Shown one piece after another: positions 1-20,700 of a DNA stretch of 64,000 nucleotides. Source of the stretch: the human T2T-CHM13v2.0 reference genome, Homo sapiens. Location of the stretch: the NCBI RefSeq assembly GCF_009914755.1, contig NC_060948.1. The stretch is one strand, 5' to 3'. The position numbers were made by a program, and so were the translations under genes. Position 1 is the stretch's first letter; each line of letters starts with the position of its first letter. The notes below the pieces were generated by a model. The model saw only the letters and a program-made list of their open reading frames with translations. It did no database searches and had not been told where the DNA came from.

Positions 1-638
1 TAAAATATCATAATATAATATATATTATATTATTTCATATTACATAATATATATTACATATCACCCAATATAACTAACATACATAATATTATAATATAGA
101 TTATATTATGTTATATTAAATATCATATATATCATGTATCATATATTCTATAATATATATTACACATTATATAATATGTATGTTGTCTATTATGTGATAT
201 ATATAACTATATATATAATTATATTTTTATACATATAACTAGATAAACATGTAATTCTACATATTTTCATTTATAATATGTAGAATTATATAATCATATA
301 TAATTATTTATATTCTATAAAAAATTTTATCATTATATAAATTATAATATATAAAAATTATAATATGTACTACACATATATATATTATATATCATATATG
401 ATATAGTACCTTTGTTATATATCATAATACATATAAATGTGTATTATGTTATCTATAATTATATAATTTCATATATAAGATGTATAATATGTATCATATA
501 TTATATATGTTATGTAATATATATAGTATATATAAGATGACACAGGATAAATATTATATACTATGACATATAAAATATATGAGGTTATATGTTACATATA
601 AGGCATAGCACATAACATGTAATATATATCATATATAA
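1..638. repeat. AT-rich low-complexity subunit of DYZ2 (partial, window edge)
   Basis: Very high A+T, (TA)-rich, and repeated nearly identically 2415 bp later. Confidence 0.9.
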
Positions 639-930
639 TTTTTTTTTAGACAGAATCTTGTCCTGTTGCACAGGGTGGGGTACAATGGCGCCATCTTTGC
701 TCACTGCAACTTCTGCCTCACGGGTCCAAGCGATGGTCCTCCCTCAGCCTCCCAGGTAGCTGGGACTACACCACACTGGGACTACACCAGCTGCCACCAT
801 GCCTAGCTAATTTTTTGGATTTTTAGTAGTGACAGCGTTTCACTGTATTGGCCAGGATGGTCTTGATCTCTTCACCTTGTGATCCCCTTGCCTTGGCCTC
901 CAAATTTGCTGGGATTACAGGCCTGAGCCA
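639..930 (-). mobile_element. Diverged Alu (Sc/Y-like), DYZ2 unit 1
   Basis: Reads as antisense Alu: T9 tail, AGACAGAATCTTG..GCTCACTGCAAC..CCTCAGCCTCCC..GCTAATTTTTTGGATTTTTAGTAG..GCTGGGATTACAGGCCTGAGCCA. The sense strand has GGATCAC-AAGGT and GAGATCAAGACCATCCTGGC, resembling Sc/Y diagnostics. The first ~12 nt are missing or unrecognisable. Confidence 0.93.
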
Positions 931-1500
931 AGATCCATATTTTTTAAATGAAAAAAAATTTCAAAGGTACTCTGCTTGGTACAATAATCAAATGTATAAA
1001 CTGAGGAATAAAACATAACCATGAAACCTACTTATAACTGCATATGGAAAATACAGAGGATAATTTTTTAAATAACATATTTTGAAAGCCTTAACTAGTA
1101 ATTTGAAGAGTTGGCATTTGAAAGGCCAGTATGAATATACCTTCAAAGCAGCAACACAGGTTCCCCATGAGAAAAAGCAAACACAGGGAAAATAAAAACA
1201 CAAAGGTTCAATCTCTTCTGACCTTTGAAAGACACAGCACAGACAGTGGTCCTTAGGACGAAGAGCAGGAGACCCCTAATTCCGTCACCATGGCGATAGG
1301 GCATAAACATTGCAGGGTGAGGGCACAATCCACATTGTGAGGTCCAACTGCTGCCAGGAAGACAGGAGTGCTTTTACATAGACCGAAAGGTCATTGAAGG
1401 CTCAGAGTTTTGTTTCAAGAACTGAATCCCAAGCCCACACGTTATTAGGCTGCGCTTCTTAAAACAAGTTATGAGATGGGAAAAAGGGCACCCACAAACA
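931..1500. repeat. HSATI-type complex subunit, DYZ2 unit 1
   Basis: About 570 bp of mixed-composition sequence between the Alu 5' end and the AT-rich tract, repeated in every intact unit. The name is inferred from known DYZ2 organisation and the boundaries are approximate. Confidence 0.8.
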
Positions 1501-3345
<1,845 letters not shown>

Positions 3346-3915
3346 AGATCCATATTTTTTAAATGAAAAAAAATTTCAAAGGTACTCTGCTTGGTACAAT
3401 AATCAAATGTATAAACTGAGGAATAAAACATAACCATGAAACCTACTTATAACTGCATATGGAAAATACAGAGGATAATTTTTTAAATAACATATTTTGA
3501 AAGCCTTAACTAGTAATTTGAAGAGTTGGCATTTGAAAGGCCAGTATGAATATACCTTCAAAGCAGCAATACAGGTTCCCCATGAGAAAAAGCAAACACA
3601 GGGAAAATAAAAACACAAAGGTTCAATCTCTTCTGACCTTTGAAAGACACAGCACAGACAGTGGTCCTTAGGACGAAGAGCAGGAGACCCCTAATTCCGT
3701 CACCATGGCGATAGGGCATAAACATTGCTGGGTGAGGGCACAATCCACATTGTGAGGTCCAACTGCTGCCAGGAAGACAGGAGTGCTTTTACATAGACCG
3801 AAAGGTCATTGAAGGCTCAGAGTTTTCTTTCAAGAACTGAATCCCAAGCCCACACGTTATTAGGCTGCGCTTCTTAAAACAAGTTATGAGATGGGAAAAA
3901 GGGCACCCACAAACA
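3346..3915. repeat. HSATI-type subunit, DYZ2 unit 2
   Basis: Copy of 931-1500. Confidence 0.8.
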
Positions 3916-5765
<1,850 letters not shown>

Positions 5766-6335
5766 AGATCCATATTTTTTAAATGAAAAAAAATTTCAAA
5801 GGTACTCTGCTTGGTACAATAATCAAATGTATAAACTGAGGAATAAAACATAACCATGAAACCTACTTATAACTGCATATGGAAAATACAGAGGATAATT
5901 TTTTAAATAACATATTTTGAAAGCCTTAACTAGTAATTTGAAGAGTTGGCATTTGAAAGGCCAGTATGAATATACCTTCAAAGCAGCAACACAGGTTCCC
6001 CATGAGAAAAAGCAAACACAGGGAAAATAAAAACACAAAGGTTCAATCTCTTCTGACCTTTGAAAGACACAGCACAGACAGTGGTCCTTAGGACGAAGAG
6101 CAGGAGACCCCTAATTCCGTCACCATGGCGATAGGGCATAAACATTGCTGGGTGAGGGCACAATCCACATTGTGAGGTCCAACTGCTGCCAGGAAGACAG
6201 GAGTGCTTTTACATAGACCGAAAGGTCATTGAAGGCTCAGAGTTTTGTTTCAAGAACTGAATCCCAAGCCCACACGTTATTAGGCTGCGCTTCTTAAAAC
6301 AAGTTATGAGATGGGAAAAAGGGCACCCACAAACA
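5766..6335. repeat. HSATI-type subunit, DYZ2 unit 3
   Basis: Copy of 931-1500. Confidence 0.8.
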
Positions 6336-8185
<1,850 letters not shown>

Positions 8186-8755
8186 AGATCCATATTTTTT
8201 AAATGAAAAAAAATTTCAAAGGTACTCTGCTTGGTACAATAATCAAATGTATAAACTGAGGAATAAAACATAACCATGAAACCTACTTATAACTGCATAT
8301 GGAAAATACAGAGGATAATTTTTTAAATACCATATTTTGAAAGCCTTAACTAGTAATTTGAAGAGTTGGCATTTGAAAGGCCAGTATGAATATTCCTTCA
8401 GAGCAGCAACACAGGTTCCCCATGAGAAAAAGCAAACTCAGGGAAAATGAAACCACAAAGGTTCAATCTCTTCTGACCTTTGAAAGACACAGCACAGACA
8501 GTGGTCCTTAGGACGAAGAGCAGGAGACCCCTAATTCCGTCACCATGGCGATAGGGCATAAACATTGCTGGGTGAGGGCACAATCCACATTGTGAGGTCC
8601 AACTGCTGCCAGGAAGACAGGAGTGCTTTTACATAGACCGAAAGGTCATTGAAGGCTCAGAGTTTTCTTTCAAGAACTGAATCCCAAGCCCACACGTTAT
8701 TAGGCTGCGCTTCTTAAAACAAGTTATGAGATGGGAAAAAGGGCACCCACAAACA
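8186..8755. repeat. HSATI-type subunit, DYZ2 unit 4
   Basis: Copy of 931-1500. Confidence 0.8.
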
Positions 8756-11889
<3,134 letters not shown>

Positions 11890-12459
11890 AGATCCATATT
11901 TTTTAAATGAAAAAAAATTTCAAAGGTACTCTGCTTGGTACAGTAATCAAATCTATAAACTGAGGAATAAAACATAACCGTGAAACATACTTATAACTGC
12001 ATATGGAAAATACAGAGTATAATTTTTTAAAATAACATATTTTGAAAGCCTTAACTAGTAATTTGAAGAGTTTGCATTTGAAAGGCCAGTATGAATATAC
12101 CTTCAAAGCAGCAACATAGGTTCCAAATGAGAACAATCAAACTCAGGGAAAATAAAACCACAAATGTTCACTCTGTTCTGACCTTTGAAAAACACAGCAC
12201 AGACAGTGGCACTTAGGACCAAGAGCAGGAGATCCCTAATCCCGTCACCATGGCGATAGGGCATAAACATTGCGGGGTGAGGGCACAATGCACATTGTGA
12301 GGTCCAATTGCTGCCAGGAAGACAGGAGTGCTTTTACATAGACCGAAAGGTCATTGAAGGCTCAGATTTTCGTTTCAAAAACTGAATCCCAAGCCCACAC
12401 GTTATTATGCTGCGCTTCTTAAAACAAGTTATGAGAAGGGAAATAGGGCACCCACAACA
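11890..12459. repeat. HSATI-type subunit, penultimate DYZ2 unit (more diverged)
   Basis: Colinear with 931-1500 but with many substitutions. Confidence 0.8.
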
Positions 12460-13986
12460 TACGTATATAGTATGTATATAATAATATACACTATCATATA
12501 TATAATATATATAACCTATGTATAATATTGTTTTACATCCTGCATCTTATATTATATATATTATATGTAATATAATAATTGATAATATATAAGTTTATAT
12601 TTATACAATATGACATATAATATATATTATATTTTATGACATATATAATATAGATTATATATCATATATAGAATATACTATACGGTTAATATACGTATTA
12701 AATATATAATATACATTATATATATTATATCTACGTTATATATAACATTAACTATAGATAATATATATATTATATCTATCTTATATATAATATAAAATAA
12801 CAGATAATTATATATAATTGTATATATAAAATATGACATATAATATATATTATATTTTATGACATATATATCATATATATTATATATTATATATAATATG
12901 TTGTATGTATAATACATATATTATATATATATTATAAGTCTAAATTATTAATTATATGTAATATATGTTATATATTACATATTTTACATTTCATACACAT
13001 GTTACATACAATATATACTATGTTACATGTTACCTAGAATTTATTATATATAATATAATGTATGTCATATATTATATATACTTTATAGTATGCAATATGT
13101 GGAATGTGATATATATAACATGTAATATATGATATATGATATACGATATATGATATATAATATACAATATATGATACATTTTATATATGGTATACAATAT
13201 ATATTTTATGATATATATTATATATGTTTTATATTATATTATACATAACCATTTAATTATATATAATTCTATAATACTGTAGGTAAATATATAATATAAT
13301 ACATATAACCATATATTATGTTATTTATAATTTTATTACGTACATTCAATAATATATCATAATATAATATATATTATATTATATTATTTTATATTACATA
13401 ATATATATTATATATCACATAGTATGTGTTACATACATAATATTTAAATATATATTACATTGTGATATATTAAATATTATATATATTATGTATGCTATAC
13501 TGTATAATATATATTATATATTATATAATATGCAGGGTGTCTATTATATGATATATATTATAATATATATAATTATATTATACATATAACGATATAAATA
13601 TGTAATTATATTTAACATTATTTATATTACATATAGTTATATAATCATATATAATAATTTATATTATAAAAATAATTATATCATTATATAAATTATAGTA
13701 TATATAAATTATAATATGTGATAAATAATATATATTATATATCATATATGATATAGCATATATGTTATATATCATATTATATATCAATTTACGTTATGAT
13801 ATCTATAATTATATATTTTCATATATAAGATGTATAATATGAATTATATATTATATATGTTATTAAATATATACTTTATATAAAATGACACAGGATAAAT
13901 GTTATATATTATGACATATGATATATATGCGGTTATATATTATATATGAAGCATATTACATAACATATAATATATATCATATATAA
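12460..13986. repeat. AT-rich subunit, divergent edge type
   Basis: Colinear landmarks (CATCCTGCA, TGTGGAATGTG, GACACAGGATAAA) are present but the tract is heavily diverged. Confidence 0.85.
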
Positions 13987-14278
<292 letters not shown>

Positions 14279-14845
14279 AGATCTATATTTTTTAAATGAA
14301 AAAAAATTTCAAAGTTATTCTGCTTGGTACAATAATCAAATATATAAACTGAGGGTTAAAACATAACCTTGGAACATATTTATAAGTGCATATGGAAAAT
14401 ACAGAGGATAATTTTTTAAATAACATATTTTGAAAGCCTTAACTAGTAATTTGAAGAGTTGGCATTTGAAAGGCCAGTATGAATATACCTTCAAAGCAGC
14501 AACACAGGTTCCCCATGAGAAAAATCAAACTTAGGGAAAATAAAACCACAAAGGTTCAATCTTTTCTGACCTTTGAAAGACACAGCACAGACAGTGGTCC
14601 TTAGGACGAAGAGCAGGAGACCCCTAATTCCGTCACCATGGCGATAGGGCATAAACATTGCTGGGTGAGGGCACAATCCACATTGTGAGGTCCAACTGCT
14701 GCCAGGAAGACAGGAGTGCTTTTACATAGACCCAAAGGTCATTGAAGGCTCAGTGTTTTGTTTCAAAAACTGAATCCCAAGCCCACACGTTATTATGCTG
14801 TGCTTCTTAAAAAAAGTTATGAGATGGGAAATAGGGCACCCACAA
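14279..14845. repeat. HSATI-type subunit, terminal DYZ2 unit
   Basis: Colinear with 931-1500. Confidence 0.8.
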
Positions 14846-15750
14846 TTATATCTATACATTATGTATATAATAATATATAGAATCATATATATAATATATG
14901 TAACATATATATATAATACTGTTTTACATCCTGCAGTTATATTATATATATTATATGTATTATAATAACTGGTAATGTATAAGTATTATATTTATACACT
15001 ATGACATATAATAATTATATTTTATGCCGTATATAATATATATTATATATCATATACCAAATATATTATATGGTTAATATACGTATTAAATATATAATAT
15101 ACATTATAAATATTATATCTACGTTATATATAACATTCACTATAGTTAATATATATATTATATCTAGCTTATATATAATATAAAATAACATATAATAATA
15201 TATAACTGTATATATAAAATATGACATATAATATATATTATATTTTATGACATATATATGATATGTATTATATATTATATATAATATGTTGTAAGTATAA
15301 TACATGTATTAAATATATATTATATGTCTATGTTATTAATTATATGTAATATATGTTACATATTACATATTTGATATAGAATACACATGTTACATAGAAT
15401 ATATTCTATGTTACATATAACGTAGAATTTATTATGTGTAATATAATGTATGGCATATATTATAAATTCCTTATAATATACAATATGTGGAATGTGATAT
15501 ATATAACTTGTAATATATGATATATGATATACAATATATGTTATATAACATACAATATATGATACATAATATATATGGTATAGAATATATATTTTATGTT
15601 ATATATTAAATATGTTTTATATTTTATTATATATAAATATTTAAAATTATATATAACTGTATAATGTTATACGTAAATATATAATATACTACATATAACC
15701 ATATATTATGTTATATAAAATTTTATTACATACTTTCCATAATATATCAT
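14846..15750. repeat. AT-rich subunit truncated by the DYZ1 junction
   Basis: Only ~900 of ~1550 bp are present. It ends at AATATATCAT, equivalent to 13351-13360. Confidence 0.88.
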
Positions 15751-15969
15751 ATGGACTCCTTTGGAATGGTCTAGTATGCAATGCAATCGACTGGCAGGGA
15801 ATTAAAAGGAATGCAATCGAATGGATTGCACAGGAATGCAATGGACTCGAATAGATTGGAAACAGAATGCAAAGGAATGGAATGGAATAGTATGGAATGG
15901 AATGGAAAGGAATGGAGTGGAATAGACTAGAGTAGAATGGAATTTACTCGAAAGCAATGGACTGGAATA

Positions 15970-15982
15970 GAACTTTCTTGAA
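15970..15982. promoter_or_regulatory. Perfect heat-shock element motif GAActTTCttGAA (HSE-A; recurs once per DYZ1 unit, e.g. 18749, 22292, 25840)
   Basis: Exact match to GAAnnTTCnnGAA. The motif is seen in sequence; binding is inferred. Confidence 0.55.
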
Positions 15983-17447
15983 TGGGCTGGAATCAAACGG
16001 AATGGAATGCTGTGCAATCAAATAGAATGAAAGAGAATCAAATCCAATCGAATGGATTGGAAAGGAATTGACTGAAATGGAATGGACTAGAATGGAAGGC
16101 AAAGGAATGGAATCTATAGGAATGGACTGTAATGGAATGGAATGGAAGGGATTGGAATGGAATCGAATGGAATGGACTGCAATAGAAAGGATTCGAATGG
16201 AATGAAAAAGAATTGAATGGAATAGAACAGAATGGAATCAAATCGAATGAAATGGAATGGAATAGAAAGGATTCGAATGGAATGCAATCGAACGGAATGG
16301 AATCGAACGGAATGGAATAAAATGGAAGAAAACTGGCAAGAAATGGAATCGAAATGAATGGAGTGTTATGGAACGGACTCAAAAGGAATTGAATGTAATA
16401 GAATGGAGTGGAGTGGACTCGAATATAATGGACTGGAATGGAATGAAATCACATGGAATGGGAACGAATGGAATGGAATGGAAAGGAATGGAATCGAATG
16501 GAAAGGAATCGAATGGAAGGGAATGCAATTGAATCAACAGGAATGGAAGGGAATAGAATAGACGGTAATGGAATGGACTCGAATAGAATGGACACGAATG
16601 CTCAAATTGAATGGACTCGAATGGAATGGAAACGAAAGGAATGTCATCGAATGTAATTGAATTGATTGGAATGAAATCGCATAGAATGGAGTGGAATCAA
16701 ATGGAATTGAATCGAAAGGAAAGGAAGCGAATGGACTGAAATGAAATGGAATGGAATTGAATGGAAAGTAATGCAATGGAATAGAATGGAACGAAATTTC
16801 AAGGAATGGAATCAAACTGAATGGAATCAAATCAATGGAATCAAATCAAATGGAATGGAAAGGAATTGAATGGAGTAGATGGGATTGGATGGGATTGGAA
16901 TGAAATGTACTGGAAAGAACTCGAATTTCATGAAACGGAATGGAATGAATTGGAACGGAATGGACTCGAATGGAATGGAATGTCATGGAATGGCATCAAA
17001 TGGAATGGCATCAAATGGAATGGAATCGAATGCAATGGAATGCTATGGAATGGAATGGAATGCATTGGAATGGAATGTCCTCTAATGGAATGGATTCGAG
17101 TGGAATGGAATCGAATATAATGGAGTCGAATGAAATGGAATTGAAAGGAATGGTACCGAATACAATGGAATATACAGGAATGTAATGTAATGAACTCGAA
17201 TGTAATTGACTGCAATGGAATGTACATGAATGGAATGTAATCGAATGGAAAGTAATCCAATGGAATAGAATCTAATGCAATAAAATCGACTCAAATAGAG
17301 TAGAATGTAATGGAATGGAGTGCAGTGCAATGGAATGGAATGGAATGGAATGCAGTGGAATGGAATGGAATGGAATGCAATGGAATGGAATGTATTAGAA
17401 TGTAATGAACATTAATGGAATGTACTCGAATGGATTCGACTGGAATG

Positions 17448-17460
17448 GAATGTTCTGGAA
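17448..17460. promoter_or_regulatory. Perfect heat-shock element motif GAAtgTTCtgGAA (HSE-B; recurs per unit, e.g. 24539, 28083; TTCtcGAA form from 42194 onward)
   Basis: Exact match to GAAnnTTCnnGAA. Lost at 20991 (TTG). Confidence 0.55.
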
Positions 17461-17727
17461 GTTTATGGACTCCAATGGAATAGATTCGAAAGGAATGGAA
17501 TCGAACGGAATGGAATCTAATGGAATGGAATTAAATGGAAATGAATCAAATTGAATAGCACGGAATTGAATTGAATGGAATAGAATGCAATGTAATCTAA
17601 TGAAACAGAAAGGAAAGGAATGGAATGGAATGGAATGGGCTGGAATGGAATGGAATCGAAACGAATGGAATGGAATCGAACTAAAGAGACTGGAATGGAA
17701 TGCACTGGAATGGAAGGGAGTGTAATG

Positions 17728-17740
17728 GAAGGTTCTCGAA
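17728..17740. promoter_or_regulatory. Perfect heat-shock element motif GAAggTTCtcGAA (HSE-C; recurs per unit, e.g. 21271, 24819)
   Basis: Exact match to GAAnnTTCnnGAA. Lost at 42464 (TCC). Confidence 0.55.
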
Positions 17741-20700
17741 AAAAATGGAATCGAATGGAATGGAATTGAATGGAACGGAATAGAGTCGAATGGAATTGAA
17801 TGGAATGGAATGGACTAGAGTGAAATGGAATCGAACCACAAGGAATGGACAGGAATAGAATGGTCTCGAATTGAATGGAATCGTATGGAATGGCATCAAA
17901 CGGAATGGAATGGACAGCCACGGAATGGAATGCACTCGAATGCAATGGAGTCGAAACTAATGGACTGGAATAGAATGGACTCGACTGGTACGGACTCCAA
18001 TGGAATGGAATCGAATGGAAGGGAATCGAACGGAATGGACTCGAAGGGAAAAGACTGCAATGGAAAGGTCTCGAATGGAATGGAAATTAATGGAATGGAA
18101 TGGAATCGAATGAAGTGGAGTCAAAAGGAATGGAATCGAATGGCAAGAAATCGAATGTAATGGAATCGCAAGGAATTGATGTGAACGGAACGGAATGGAA
18201 TGGAATCCAAAGGAATGGAATAGAATGGAATGGAATCAAATGGAAAGGACTCGAATGGAAATCACTCGAATAGAATGCAATTTAATAAAATAGGATCAAA
18301 TGTAATGGAATGGAATGGAAAGGAATCGAAACGAAAGGAATGGAGACAGATGGAATGGAATGGAACAGAGAGCAATGGTATAGAATGGAATGGAATCATC
18401 TGGAATGGAATTGAATGGAATGCAATAACATGAAATGGAATGGAATGGAATGGAATGCCCTTGAATTAAATGGACTGGAATGGAATGAACTCGAACAGAG
18501 TGTAATGGAAAGTGTTGAAATAGAATGGAATGGACTCGTTTGGAATGGTCTAGTATGCAATGCAATCGACTGGCAGGGAATCAAAAGGAATGTAATCGAA
18601 TGGATTGGACTGGAATGCAATGGACTTGAATAGATTGGAAACGGAATGCAAAGGAATGGAATGGAATAGTATGGAATGGAATGGAAAGGAATGGAGTGGA
18701 ATAGACTAGAGTGGAATGGAATGGACTCAAAAGCAATGGACTGGAATGGAACTTTCTTGAATGGACTGGAATCAAACGGAATGGAATGCAATGCAATCAA
18801 ATGGCATGGAATAAAATAGAATGAAAGAGAATCAAATGGAATTGAATGGAATGGAATCGAATGGATTGGAAAGGAATAGAATGGAATGGAATGGAATTGA
18901 CTCAAATGGAATGGACTAGAATGGAATGGATTCGAATGGAAGGCAAAGGAATGTAATCTATTAGAATGGACTGTAATGGAATGGAATGGAAGGGATTGGA
19001 ATGGACTCGAATTGAATGGACTGCAATAGAAAGGATTCGAATGGAATGAAAAAGAATTGAATGGAATAGAACAGAATGGAATCAAATCGAATGAAATGGA
19101 ATGGAATAAAAGGAATGGAATGAAATGGAATGGAAAGGATTCGAATGGAATGCAATCGAATGGAATGGAATCGAACGGAATGGAATAAAATGGAAGAAAA
19201 CTGGCAAGAAATGGAATCGAAATGAATGGAGTGTTATGGAACGGACTCAAAAGGAATTGAATGTAATAGAAATGAGTGGAGTGGACTCGAATATAATGGA
19301 CTGGAATGGAATGAAATCACATGGAATGGGAACGAATGGAATGGAATGGAAAGGAATGGAATCGAATGGAAAGGAATGGAATGGAAGGGAATGAAACTGA
19401 ATCAACAGGAATGGAAGGGAGTAGAATAGACGGTAATGGAATGGACTCGAATAGAATTGACACGAATGCACAAATTGAATGGACTCGAATGGAATGGAAA
19501 CGAAAGGAATGTCATAGAATGGAATTGAATCGATTGGAATGAAATCGCATAGAATGGAGTGGAATCAAATGGAATTGAATCGAAAGGAAAGGAAGCGAAT
19601 GGACTGAAATGGAATGGAATGGAATGGAAAGTAATGCAATGGAATAGAATGGAACGAAATTTCACGGAATGGAATCAAACTGAATGGAATCAAATCAATG
19701 GAATCTAATCAAATGGAATGGAAAGGAATTGAATGGAGTAGATTGGATTGGATGGGATTGGAATGAAATGGAATGGAAAGGACTCGAATTTCATGAAAAG
19801 GAATGGAATGAATTGGAACGGAATGGACTCGAATGGAATGGAATGTCATGGAATTGCATCAAATGGAATGGCATCAAAGGGAATGGAATCGAATGCAATG
19901 GAGTGCTATGGAATGGAATGGAATGCATTGGAATGGAATGTCCTCTAATGGAATGGATTCGAGTGGAATGGAATCGAATATAATGGAGTCGAATGAAATG
20001 GAATTGAAAAGAATGGGATCGAATACAATGGAATATACTGGAATGTAACGTAATGAACTCGAATGTAATTGACTGGAATGGAATGTACATGAATGGAATG
20101 TAATCGAATGGAAAGTAATCCAATGGAATAGAATCTAATGCAATAAAATCGACTCAAATAGAATAGAATGCAATGGAATGGAGTGCAGTGCAATGGAATG
20201 GGATGGAATGGAATGCAATGGAATGGAATGGAATGGAATGGAATGCAATGGGATGGAATGGTATGGAATGGATAGTAATGGACTGGAGTGAAATGGACTG
20301 GAAAGGAATGGACTCAAATTGAAATGTCTCGAAAGGAATGGAGTCAAATGGAATGGTCTGGAATGGAATGAACACGAATGTAATGCAATCCAATAGAATG
20401 GAATCGAATGGCATGGAATATAAAGAAATGGAATCGAAGAGAATGGAAACAAATGGAATGGAATTGAATGGAATGGAATTGAATGGAATGGGAACGAATG
20501 GAGTGAAATTGTATGCAGTAGAAGAGAATAGAATGGAATGCAAGCGAAAGGAAAGGAATGGATTGGAATGGAATGGAATTCATTGGAATGGAAGGGAATG
20601 TAGTGTAATGGACAGGCCTGGAATAAAGTGGAATGCTACGGTCTCGAATGGAATAAAAATGTATGGAATGGAATGCAATGAAACGGAATCGAATGTCATA

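Larger units (their letters stand above)
15751..18529 (+). repeat. Shortened boundary DYZ1 unit (~2.78 kb)
   Basis: The landmark CTAGTATGCAATGC occurs at 15771 and next at 18550 (2779 bp), compared with 3543 and 3548 for the following periods. Confidence 0.9.

Noticed and set aside
17593-17603. DUX4-like motif TAATCTAATGA
   Set aside because: An imperfect match from a private substitution in one unit; other units read GAATCTAATGA.
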